DNA of 48,124 nt from a virus. Taxonomy: Duplodnaviria; Caudoviricetes. Below, piece by piece: positions 36,456 through 44,399 of this stretch. Positions within the stretch are counted from its first letter, which is position 1. Every line of letters starts with the position of its first letter. Location: IMG/VR virus record IMGVR_UViG_3300014160_000003, positions 1 through 48,124 of that record; one strand, 5' to 3'. The position numbers and the translations under genes are program-made. The notes under the pieces were generated by a model. It was given only the letters and a program-made list of their open reading frames with translations. It was not told the DNA's origin and searched no databases.

Positions 36456-36720
36456 GTCTGCAGCATCGCTGGTTTCGGCGTGGGTGTCAAGTGGCCAGCA
36501 CGACCTGGTTGCTTCGCTAGTCCTGGCGATGCGAGCTGCGAGAATGGGAGTCGGAGACTACGTACTACCACCTCCGCGCCTGCATTTTTTTTCTGGAATG
36601 GGCCTGAATGTGGACTTATGTGCCTGCCAAAGCCGTCCCGCGCGGCAATCGAGCGGACCCGCATGTCCGAATTAGCGCGTAGCGAATGGCCGTTTTATTG
36701 GGGTTTTGCGGTGATCTGGC

Positions 36721-36817
36721 GTGCATAAAACGTTCGTTCGTGCACTCTAAAAGCGCTTCAAATCTAGGTTTTGGTTGCAACACGTTTTTCGCCCTTTTTC
36801 AAGGACGTTTTGTGCAC
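36721..36817. other. Candidate res-like site at 3' end of serine recombinase
   Basis: GTGCATAAAACGT ... ACGTTTTGTGCAC inverted pair in AT-rich DNA. Confidence 0.45.
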
Positions 36818-37468
36818 ACCTTTGGCGGGGGAGCCGAGCGCCTTCCTTAACGACGATTGCGGCACGCCCATTTCCTTCTCGATCTTCCTCCAACTCATGC
36901 CGCCTTTCCTCAATTCGCGTGCGCGCTGGCGATCGAAAATTCGCGGCGGCCGGCCGCCCACGTGTCCCTGCTTTCGCGCCCGCACCAGGCCGGCCTTGGT
37001 TCGCTCGGAAATGCGAATGCGCTCTTGCTTCGCCACCCAGGCTAGGACCGCCATCAGCAGTTCGCCGGCAGGTCCGGTGGTTCGAAAGAACGGCTCGGTG
37101 TAGCTCTCGAACTGGATGCCGTAGTCGTGGAGCATCTTCACGTGCGCGAATGTGTCCAGCACGCCCTGCCTGGTAAATCGGTCGAGCGCCCATACCAACA
37201 CGACCTCGAACTTCCGCCGGCTTGAGTCCGCAAACATCAATTGCAGCGCGTCGCGGTCGGCGTGCTTGCCGGTCTCGTGGTCGATGTACTCGACGGCTGT
37301 CCAGCCCTGCGCCTTCGCGTAGCGACGCAGATCGAGGAGCTGGTTCTCCGTGTCCTGGTGCTTGGACTGCCAAGCGGCGAGCTTTTCCTTATATTTTGCG
37401 AGTGCTTCGCCGGCTTTGCGGACCGGTTTCGCCTTGGTGCTGACCCGAGCGTAGATGGCGCAGTTCAT
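36764..37468 (-). CDS. Small serine recombinase (resolvase/invertase family)
   Basis: AIYARVST, Q...L, VWALDRFTR, ISERTKAGL.RAR.QG..GGRP, C-terminal HTH; 234 aa from MNCAIY. Confidence 0.93.
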   Translation of the reverse strand: MNCAIYARVSTKAKPVRKAGEALAKYKEKLAAWQSKHQDTENQLLDLRRYAKAQGWTAVEYIDHETGKHADRDALQLMFADSSRRKFEVVLVWALDRFTRQGVLDTFAHVKMLHDYGIQFESYTEPFFRTTGPAGELLMAVLAWVAKQERIRISERTKAGLVRARKQGHVGGRPPRIFDRQRARELRKGGMSWRKIEKEMGVPQSSLRKALGSPAKGVHKTSLKKGEKRVATKT

Positions 37469-37564
37469 GAGATTGGAGTCCTCGGGCGGGCGCCCGAATC
37501 GCCGGCGGGTTCGCGGGCGAGTGGGGGAGCGCCCGCGCGTATACCAGTGTACGCCGCCGGCGTC

Positions 37565-37652
37565 CTCGCCGAGTCCGTCGCGGCTAGCTAGCCACGCTGG
37601 AAACGGCGATCGGCGCCCGGCGGCCATCGCCATTCGCGGCGTTGGGATCCGG
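37565..37652. repeat. Three-unit palindromic array upstream of recombinase
   Basis: CTCGCCGAGTCCGTCG, CACGCTGGAAACGGCGAT, ATCGCCATTCGCGGCGTTGGGATCC. Confidence 0.65.
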
Positions 37653-37820
37653 CTACGCCTTCACCGGCGCCGGCGCCGGCAGCTTGCTGTGTCCGTTGGT
37701 CGGCGCGAGCTGCTGGATGGTCGGCACCGGCTCCCGGTAGAGCCGGTATCTCCGGACGGATGGATCTGCGGATGCGCGGCGCCGTGCGACGACGCGCGTC
37801 GTCTTCTTTTTGATGTTCAT
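37653..37820 (-). CDS. Small basic hypothetical protein (55 aa)
   Basis: GAGAGG RBS; MNIKKKTTRVVARRR... Confidence 0.5.
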   Translation of the reverse strand: MNIKKKTTRVVARRRASADPSVRRYRLYREPVPTIQQLAPTNGHSKLPAPAPVKA

Positions 37821-37901
37821 CGTGTTCCTCTCTTGTTGGTAAAATACACATAGAGCCTACCACTTGCATGAGAGTGGTCATATCGTCAAGATTGGGCTTC
37901 C

Positions 37902-37947
37902 AAAAACCGATTCGGCGGGGCAGCAAAACCAAACCGAATCGGTTTTT
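37902..37947. terminator. 14-bp inverted repeat, possible bidirectional terminator or operator
   Basis: AAAAACCGATTCGG ... CCGAATCGGTTTTT. Confidence 0.55.
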
Positions 37948-37954
37948 TATTGCG

Positions 37955-38086
37955 CTAGTTCGCCCTCTTTAGCGTCTCCATTTTCGTTCGAGCCGCCATC
38001 GTCGCTGCCGCCTCGTGGCACGCCGGGCATTCGGGTTCCGAGGGTTGAACTTCGCGACCGCATTTGGGACAAAGCCAGTTGAACAT
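37955..38086 (-). CDS. 43-aa zinc-ribbon protein
   Basis: MFNWLCPKCGREVQPSEPECPACHE; AGGA RBS. Confidence 0.6.
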   Translation of the reverse strand: MFNWLCPKCGREVQPSEPECPACHEAAATMAARTKMETLKRAN

Positions 38087-38092
38087 GGGGTC

Positions 38093-38281
38093 CTACTTGG
38101 CGGCGCGCTTTCTCGCACTTGCCTGCTTGTTCCTGCCTGCCACCGGACGCTTGGCCTTATGATCCTTCCATCGCGCGCGTGCTGCCTTGCGCGCGCTGGC
38201 ACTGCGTTCTTCTGCGGAGAGGGAGGCGGCGCGCGCGTCTCCGCCCATTTTTCCGATAACTGCGGTGTCAATCATCGTCAT
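38093..38281 (-). CDS. Small basic putative DNA-binding regulator
   Basis: IGKMGGDARAASLSAEERSASARKAARARW; ATG 7 nt after a -10 box. Confidence 0.75.
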   Translation of the reverse strand: MTMIDTAVIGKMGGDARAASLSAEERSASARKAARARWKDHKAKRPVAGRNKQASARKRAAK

Positions 38282-38288
38282 GTCGAGA

Positions 38289-38318
38289 AGTATAGTGCCA
38301 AGCGGCTTGGCCTGTCAA
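38289..38318 (-). promoter_or_regulatory. Leftward sigma70 promoter with palindromic operator
   Basis: TTGACA-18-TATACT; spacer contains GCCAAGC-G-GCTTGGC. Confidence 0.8.
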
Positions 38319-38362
38319 TAGCTGCGTGTCCGCTACGGACGAAAAGCGGGCCAAAATAGTGC

Positions 38363-38391
38363 TTGACTTATGCGTAGCTACTCCGCATAAT
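38363..38391 (+). promoter_or_regulatory. Rightward sigma70 promoter with overlapping inverted repeat
   Basis: TTGACT-17-CATAAT; TTATGCG/CGCATAA inverted repeat. Confidence 0.8.
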
Positions 38392-38529
38392 ACAAATATG
38401 CCAAGCCGCTACGGCCCACGGAAGACAAGCACCCGGCCATGGCACAGCAGCGATCGCTGGCGGATCTGGCGACGATGCTGCTGGAGACGCGCAGCCTGCG
38501 GTTTTGCCCGCAGGCGTGAAAGGAGGATC

Positions 38530-38796
38530 ATGCCGCAAAATCCAAAGCAGAAATACTACGAATGCCCAAACGGCCACGTCAACCTCGACGATGATGTACT
38601 GCACTGCCGGGTTGGCGCCTGCCAGGAGCGGATCTGCCCGGACTGCGGGCCGGAGCTGGCCTGGGACCTGGAGGCCTGTCCGAAGCACATGAACGACGCG
38701 GTCTACGCGCTGCAACGCGAGCGCGACCGCTATGCCAGGCGCCTGGCCACGATCACCGGCGCGCTGAAGGAAATTCAGGAGGACTGCCATGCGTGA
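38530..38796 (+). CDS. Cys-rich (zinc-binding) hypothetical protein
   Basis: AAGGAGG RBS; ECPNGH...C...C...CPDC...CPKH. Confidence 0.7.
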   Translation: MPQNPKQKYYECPNGHVNLDDDVLHCRVGACQERICPDCGPELAWDLEACPKHMNDAVYALQRERDRYARRLATITGALKEIQEDCHA

Positions 38797-38887
38797 GGAG
38801 ATAATCTACGGATCGATCACCGCCGGCGCGCTGGGCGTGTTTGGGGCCCTGCTACTGGCCTCGCTGGTCTGGGGAACGTGCCTCTGA
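38789..38887 (+). CDS. 32-aa membrane peptide
   Basis: AGGAGG RBS; MREEIIYGSITAGALGVFGALLLASLVWGTCL. Confidence 0.5.
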   Translation: MREEIIYGSITAGALGVFGALLLASLVWGTCL

Positions 38888-38981
38888 CTTTTGCCGGTGT
38901 CAGCCGGCATGGATGAAACGCGAGAGGAGGCCGCGCGCAAACGGCCTCCCCTCCACAACCGACAACTGAGAAAGGAACCAG

Positions 38982-40148
38982 ATGTCATCTCAAAGTATAG
39001 TCTTCAGACCGGCGGTGAAGTACGACGCCAAAGGCCGCGTGGCGCTCATCGGGCCTGGCGGCAGCGGCAAGTCGCTGACCGCCCTCAAACTGGGCCGGCT
39101 GCTGGCCGGCCCGAACGGCAAGATCGCCGCCATCGACACAGAGCACGGCAGCTTGTCGAAGTACGCAGATCTGTTCAAGTTCGACGTGATCGAACTGTCC
39201 AGCTACAGCGCCGAGAATTTTCTCAACTCCCTGCACGCCGCGGAGGCCGCCGGCTACGCGGTCTTCTGCGTGGACTCGCTCAGCCACTTCTGGATGGGCA
39301 AGGACGGCGCGCTGGAGTTTGTCGACGAGAAGAAAGCGCGCGCGCGCGACCAGATGGAAGGCTGGAAGGAGTGGCGGCCGCACGAGCGCGAGATGATCGA
39401 CGCCATGATCGCATCGCCCTGCCACATCATCGCGACGATGCGGACCAAAAACGAGTACCTCAACGAGGAGTACACCGACCAGACCGGCAAAAAGAAAACC
39501 CGGCGGATCAAGGTAGGCCTGGCTCCCGTGCAGCGCGACGGCCTGGAGTACGAGTTTGACCTGGTCGGTCTGATGGACGATAACAACAGCATGATTATCG
39601 ACAAGACCCGCTGCTCGGCGTACGCCGGCAAAGTGCTAAAGAAACCCGGCGACAAAGAGTTCGCCGCGTTCGCGGACTGGCTGAAGGGCGAGGCGTTGCC
39701 CGCGCCAGTGGCACCTCCCGCGCCGGTAGCAGTAGCGCCCGCGCCGGCTGCCGGAGGAGGCGGCAGGAGCAACGGCGTCCCACACCCGCCGATCAGCATG
39801 CCGCCCCAGGCGGCGGCTGCCTCGGCCAGCGCGCCGGCGGCGGTGCAGGCGCTCTGGGCGCGCATGACGAATTGCGCGACCATCCACCAGGTCATCGTCG
39901 AGCTGCGCGACGGCCTGCTCGCCACGATCGACATGCACGGCGCCGACGAGTACGACCGCATCTTGGCGCACAATGGCGTAACCGAGCCGCGCGCCATCCG
40001 CAAGTTCGGCGTAGCGCGCGCGGTGGTACGCGAGCTTTGGGCCGCACTCCAGGATGCCAAGGCGCTGCAAGCCTTCGCGCCGGCAGACGACGACGAGATT
40101 CCGATGCAGCCGCCGGCCACGGCGGCGCAGGAAGGGAGGGCCGCGTAA
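38982..40148 (+). CDS. AAA_24 / Sak4-like recombination ATPase
   Basis: GPGGSGKS, IDTEHGS, VDSLSHFW, IIATMRTK, GLAPVQRDGLEYEFD. Confidence 0.88.
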   Translation: MSSQSIVFRPAVKYDAKGRVALIGPGGSGKSLTALKLGRLLAGPNGKIAAIDTEHGSLSKYADLFKFDVIELSSYSAENFLNSLHAAEAAGYAVFCVDSLSHFWMGKDGALEFVDEKKARARDQMEGWKEWRPHEREMIDAMIASPCHIIATMRTKNEYLNEEYTDQTGKKKTRRIKVGLAPVQRDGLEYEFDLVGLMDDNNSMIIDKTRCSAYAGKVLKKPGDKEFAAFADWLKGEALPAPVAPPAPVAVAPAPAAGGGGRSNGVPHPPISMPPQAAAASASAPAAVQALWARMTNCATIHQVIVELRDGLLATIDMHGADEYDRILAHNGVTEPRAIRKFGVARAVVRELWAALQDAKALQAFAPADDDEIPMQPPATAAQEGRAA

Positions 40149-40149
40149 C

Positions 40150-40776
40150 ATGGCAACGCTATCCCTGTACGGCGTGGTCGAGGAGCTGCAAGCGCTCCTC
40201 GACACGTACGAGATGTGCGAAACGGACCAGGCCAAAGCCGAGTGCTGGCAGCAGATCGAGCAGTACGTCCAACTCGAAATCAAGAAGGTGGACGGGATCG
40301 CCGGCTACCTCGGCCGCTGCGAGAATGAGGCCGCGTTCATGAAATCGGAGTCGCAGCGCCTGGCTGCTCTGGCCAAGGCCTGGTCCGCGCGCCAGGAGAG
40401 GCTGGAGCAATATTGCGCGCGCGTGATCGAAGGCCTCGGCCGCGACGCCAAGGGAAAGTGGAGGAAGCTGGAGGGCAAGCTGCACACGCTGGGCTTGCGG
40501 GAAGGCTCGCCCAGCGTCGAGATCACGGACGAGGCGGCGGTGCCGGCGGAGTACAAAACGCTGACCATCACGCTGCCGGCGACGGCGTGGGAGGCATTTA
40601 CGCACGCGATGGTGTATACACCCACCATGGAGGCCGTCTTCGACGATCTGAAGTTGGCCATCACGAAGAGCGATTGCCAGGTCGCCAAGTGCGAGATTAA
40701 GAAGGCGATCAAGGGCGGGGCAACGGTCGACGGCGCCGACGTAACCATCGGCGAGCCGACGTTGACGCGGCGGTGA
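40150..40776 (+). CDS. Siphovirus Gp157-like protein
   Basis: SLY.....L, KKVDGIA, E..RL, SVEITDEAAVPAEY, EIKKAIKGGATVDGA. Confidence 0.85.
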   Translation: MATLSLYGVVEELQALLDTYEMCETDQAKAECWQQIEQYVQLEIKKVDGIAGYLGRCENEAAFMKSESQRLAALAKAWSARQERLEQYCARVIEGLGRDAKGKWRKLEGKLHTLGLREGSPSVEITDEAAVPAEYKTLTITLPATAWEAFTHAMVYTPTMEAVFDDLKLAITKSDCQVAKCEIKKAIKGGATVDGADVTIGEPTLTRR

Positions 40777-41006
40777 GCAAGGACCCGACCGCGCCGCTGC
40801 TGCCACTGGCGTACGAGACCGCAGTCAGCCACCGGGGCAAGCCGCTAGTCATCGAGTTGCACGCCGGCTACATGCACATCGAGCCGAAAGGCTCGCGCCA
40901 CGGCTACGACGTGGCGTACCAGACCATCTACGAGCGCGCGGCGGCGGCCGCCGCGGAGCGGTCGCGCGCAGAACGCGCGATCGCCACTCGCCGGAGGCGG
41001 CGATGA
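40773..41006 (+). CDS. Hypothetical protein
   Basis: GTGA overlap, 77 aa. Confidence 0.65.
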   Translation: MSKDPTAPLLPLAYETAVSHRGKPLVIELHAGYMHIEPKGSRHGYDVAYQTIYERAAAAAAERSRAERAIATRRRRR

Positions 41007-41239
41007 AGGGAGATCCAAATGTCCACACTATTGGGGAGGCTTATCCTGTGGTGGTGGCGGCGCCAGCAACGCCGCCGCGACCGCCGGATCGCACGCCGGA
41101 ACGCCAGCCGCCAAACCCGCTGGTGGCGTTGCTGGTAGTCGCGCTGCTCTGGCTGCTGGCCTGGGCAGCGCAGCCGCTGTCGGACGACCAGGCGCAGGCC
41201 TGCGAGGACGATCCGGCGTGCGAGATGGTCCTGCGATGA
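41003..41239 (+). CDS. Small membrane protein
   Basis: ATGA overlap; one TM segment. Confidence 0.6.
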   Translation: MKGDPNVHTIGEAYPVVVAAPATPPRPPDRTPERQPPNPLVALLVVALLWLLAWAAQPLSDDQAQACEDDPACEMVLR

Positions 41240-41532
41240 AAGAAGCCGATCTCGCCAGCCGCGCCAACGATGAGATCGCCCGGCTTGGCGATCGCTTCGA
41301 GGTCCCGCTGACACTGGGCCTCTATGCCGCTGTTTACGTGGCGGCGGAGCTTCGGACCGCCTTGCGGCCTCCTCGCAAGGCCGGCCCGAGCGCCAAGCTG
41401 GCTGGCAAGGTAATCGATCGAATTGCGGACGCGCTGGATGCTGCGGGCTATCATGCGCACGCGGAGATGGCGCGGGCTGGCGACGTCGGCTGCCTGCGCC
41501 TGGTCCGGAAGCCCGCAGCTCCCCACGCCTAG
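41236..41532 (+). CDS. Hypothetical protein
   Basis: ATGA overlap; MKEADLASRAN. Confidence 0.6.
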   Translation: MKEADLASRANDEIARLGDRFEVPLTLGLYAAVYVAAELRTALRPPRKAGPSAKLAGKVIDRIADALDAAGYHAHAEMARAGDVGCLRLVRKPAAPHA

Positions 41533-41568
41533 CTCTCCACACCTGAAGCTGCGATGCCACCAGGTTGC

Positions 41569-41586
41569 GCGCAAGTATACTTGCGC
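41569..41586. repeat. Perfect 18-bp palindrome
   Basis: GCGCAAGTATACTTGCGC. Confidence 0.9.
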
Positions 41587-41895
41587 ACTTGCTGCGAGTG
41601 CTCCAGGATCTGCCGTGCATGGTGATTGTCTCGGGGTACTGGTCCGAGTTGTACGCCACGGAGCTGGCCGGCTGGCACACGACCACCTTTCGCGCCATGA
41701 CGCGCGGAGGCAAGCCGCGGACCGAATGGCTCTGGTATAACTTCGAGCCGCCGGCCGAGCTACACGACTATCGCTATTTGGGGAGTGGATTCCGGGAGCG
41801 CGAGCGAATCAAGCGCAAAAAGAAGCGCTGGGTGTCGCGCCTGGAGAGAATGCCGGAGTTGGAGCGCCAGGCGTTGCTGGCCGCAATCTCGACGG
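41581..41895 (+). pseudogene. 5'-truncated paralogue (C-terminal ~105 aa) of the Dam-like MTase
   Basis: LLRVLQDLPC...SGYWSE...TEWLW...ELHDYRYLG...RLERMPELERQALLAA matches 35619-35940; motif I and DPPY absent. Confidence 0.85.
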
Positions 41896-41960
41896 TCCAG
41901 CGATCGCTGGCATCGCCGTCCGATGCGAGTGGATCCAAAAACGGCGAGGGAGTACTCGGG

Positions 41961-42209
41961 CTATCCGAGCCGCGCGATGCGCGCCATTCTGCGGGCTTGG
42001 ATCTTCCGCCGAACGGCGTCTCTGGCCTCGGCCACGCCGGGCAGCGGATTGGCGCCGCACCAGCGCAGCGTGGCATACAGCCAACGGTAGCCGACGCCGG
42101 AGGTAGGCTCCGGCGCGGGCATCCCGTGGATCACGGCAGCGAACAGCCACATGGCCACCGCGCCGGCGGCGGCCGGATGGGCCTGAATGAGTTGGATGAG
42201 TTGGATCAT
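41961..42209 (-). CDS. Putative holin-like membrane protein
   Basis: Hydrophobic N-terminus, MPAP....GYRWLY motif, basic tail; last gene of lysis cluster. Confidence 0.5.
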   Translation of the reverse strand: MIQLIQLIQAHPAAAGAVAMWLFAAVIHGMPAPEPTSGVGYRWLYATLRWCGANPLPGVAEARDAVRRKIQARRMARIARLG

Positions 42210-42994
42210 AAAGCAGCACGGTCCGCGAGGAGCGCGGGTAAGTCGAAGCCAGCGGGGCATTTGCCCGTGGGACCGATCCAGTCCTGGCCGTCTTCGGGGA
42301 TGATAACGAAGCACTCGCCAGGCGCGACATAGTCGGGCAGGAATGCCGGCGTCGCGGGGTACTTCGCGCCCCATGTCGAGATGCCCAGGTTTCCTGCAGC
42401 ATCGACGGAAATGATGTCGGTCATGTGGCCGTTGTCGGGGTCCGCTGGATTGGCAGCCAGGCCGCCCGGCGGCACAGCCCAGGATGTGACGCCATCCTGG
42501 AGGACTGCACTCGGGAGTTGCCAGCCTACAAAGTGCCCGCCAAACAACCAAGCGGAGATCTTGACCTCGATCGAGTTAAAGACATTCACGTTAGCCCAGC
42601 CACCGATTTTGTGCAGCAGGCCTCCGACCGTGATCCCCGTCGTCTGCCAGTACTGCAGCGCGACGTACGGATCGCAGCCGTTGTCGGTGGATGGATCGCC
42701 GTCCACGTAGCCGCCGATCGCCGAGTAGGCGGCGATGAATTCGTCGCGCGTTGGCACCAGCTTCACACCGCGCGTAAACCATGCCCAAAGCATCACCAGA
42801 TGAAACATCGCGCTGATCACGCAGCATCCCAGGATGTCGTTCCAGAGCATGTTGGTCAGGCCGGGGAACCCGCTGTAATCGACGATCGCCGGCGCGCTCG
42901 GGAGCACGACGGCTTTGGCGTAGCGCGCGAACATGCAGCGCTTGTGCGGCGGCTCTGTGCTCTTCTTCTTTCCGGTCCTGAATGAAAACGGCAT
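42206..42994 (-). CDS. Papain-like cysteine hydrolase (lysis cluster)
   Basis: MLWNDILGCCV, DPSTDNG, GH, STWG motifs. Confidence 0.6.
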   Translation of the reverse strand: MPFSFRTGKKKSTEPPHKRCMFARYAKAVVLPSAPAIVDYSGFPGLTNMLWNDILGCCVISAMFHLVMLWAWFTRGVKLVPTRDEFIAAYSAIGGYVDGDPSTDNGCDPYVALQYWQTTGITVGGLLHKIGGWANVNVFNSIEVKISAWLFGGHFVGWQLPSAVLQDGVTSWAVPPGGLAANPADPDNGHMTDIISVDAAGNLGISTWGAKYPATPAFLPDYVAPGECFVIIPEDGQDWIGPTGKCPAGFDLPALLADRAAL

Positions 42995-43030
42995 GATTAT
43001 AATCCTCTTCTCTGGGTGATTTTGATCCGG

Positions 43031-43585
43031 CTACACGCTGTTGAAGTTGCGCGGCCTCGGGTCGCCGCGGAGGGGAATAAAGCTGTCGAAGATCCGCATC
43101 TCCAGCAGCCACTGCGGGCTGACCTGGGAGTACGGGACGCCGACCAGCAGGCCAACCGCCTCGAGGGCGGCTGCGACGAAAGCGGAGCACACCATGCGAC
43201 GATTGTTCGGCTGACCCTCGCGCAGGATCTCCGGCTCGAGGAATTCCGCCAAGCCCAGGAAGTCATAGCCTACCTTGCCGACACACGCGTCGACGAACGG
43301 CGTGAGCCGGTCCCAGGACTGGAGCCGCACCTGCGGGCTGACGGTGGCCGCCGCCACCCGGGTGCCTGCCGGATATTGGGCCATCCGCAGTGCGAGCGGG
43401 TGCCGCTGGACGCCCGAGACGCCGGCGAGCACCGTGCTCTCTGCGATCCAGACGGTGCCGCCCGGCGCCACGGACTCCACGATCTGGACGTGGGAGGGCT
43501 GCCCGCGCCCGATCAGTTCGATCAGGCGCGAGAACAGACCGCTGCCCCAGTAGAAGATGATCGTGCCCGGCGCGAGCGGCGGCAT
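43031..43585 (-). CDS. Permuted papain-like amidase (YiiX/YebB-like)
   Basis: PGTIIF, PSHV, GYD, MVCSAFVA, VSP. Confidence 0.75.
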   Translation of the reverse strand: MPPLAPGTIIFYWGSGLFSRLIELIGRGQPSHVQIVESVAPGGTVWIAESTVLAGVSGVQRHPLALRMAQYPAGTRVAAATVSPQVRLQSWDRLTPFVDACVGKVGYDFLGLAEFLEPEILREGQPNNRRMVCSAFVAAALEAVGLLVGVPYSQVSPQWLLEMRIFDSFIPLRGDPRPRNFNSV

Positions 43586-43590
43586 GGATG

Positions 43591-44127
43591 CTACTTTCTC
43601 GCGGCGCGGCGCGCGGCGATCTTGGCCAGCGTCTTTTCTGCGGTCGCTCTCGCGCTATTGAGCTTGTGCCGCTGCCACCAGCTCAGCGAGAATTTATCCG
43701 CGGTCTTGGCGTTGGCCTTCAACGCCATGTTGCCGCTGCTCACGTCGCCGATGATCTTGGTTATCGCGCTGACTGCGGCGGTGATAGCATTCGCAACGGT
43801 CCCTGGAACCTCCGGAATGTCCAGCACAGCGGTGGTTCCCCAAATCCCGCTGATCACGACGGCTTTCTGCGCCGCCACGTCGGTGGAGTTAAGCTCCGCC
43901 ACGGTCGAGACGATGTTGGTGTCAGCCTGCTGGCAGTAATTCTCGATGATCGCTTCGACCGGCGCAGGCACAAGGGCGCCCGCGAGGGGAAGTGCAACCT
44001 CGACGGCGTCGATGGCGCCGGACGCGATGTCGAGGTCCGTGACGATCTGAGACGTGCTGCAACCAACCGTCGTGAGACACGCGGCCAGCAGCAGAGTAGA
44101 GAGCGCGATCGATATCGCTGTTTTCAT
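43591..44127 (-). CDS. Putative lipoprotein
   Basis: MKTAISIALSTLLLAACLTTVGC signal peptide/lipobox; AAGGAG RBS. Confidence 0.7.
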   Translation of the reverse strand: MKTAISIALSTLLLAACLTTVGCSTSQIVTDLDIASGAIDAVEVALPLAGALVPAPVEAIIENYCQQADTNIVSTVAELNSTDVAAQKAVVISGIWGTTAVLDIPEVPGTVANAITAAVSAITKIIGDVSSGNMALKANAKTADKFSLSWWQRHKLNSARATAEKTLAKIAARRAARK

Positions 44128-44399
44128 GGGATTTCTCCTTCTCGCGCGAGTCGGCGCGCGTCCGGTTGTGGAAATACTGTGATAATTTTGCCCTTGCGAA
44201 CGAAGCCGTGCCAGCATCCGGAATTTATGCTCGGTGCCAGCGTGGTGGTGTCCGGAAACTCTCCATTACACTCCCACGCCTGGCCGGTTGCTTGCGGCTC
44301 CAGTGGCACTCGAATACGGCGTCCGCATTTGCCGCAGGGGCAGTCGAAAACCAGGACTCCGTTGGTTTTGAACGACGGATTAAGATCTGCCAGCTTCAC
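44124..44399 (-). CDS. DUF6527-like protein
   Basis: FDCPCG.C...W...TLAPSINSGCWHGFVRKGKI. Confidence 0.65.
   Translation of the reverse strand: MKLADLNPSFKTNGVLVFDCPCGKCGRRIRVPLEPQATGQAWECNGEFPDTTTLAPSINSGCWHGFVRKGKIITVFPQPDARRLAREGEIP

Noticed and set aside
36764-37633. Serine recombinase as phage integrase
   Set aside because: Lacks the large recombinase/zinc-ribbon C-terminal domains; ORF-track N-terminal extension is repeat-array sequence
41569-41586. Palindrome as protelomerase (hairpin telomere) site
   Set aside because: Too short and no protelomerase gene recognised
35619-41895. Duplicated MTase C-terminus as a DGR template/variable repeat pair
   Set aside because: No reverse transcriptase seen; differences are not confined to adenines
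41896-42332. C-terminal extension of ORF 41565..42332 as a real domain
   Set aside because: Reads through array sequence and antisense to the lysis genes; homology ends near 41895
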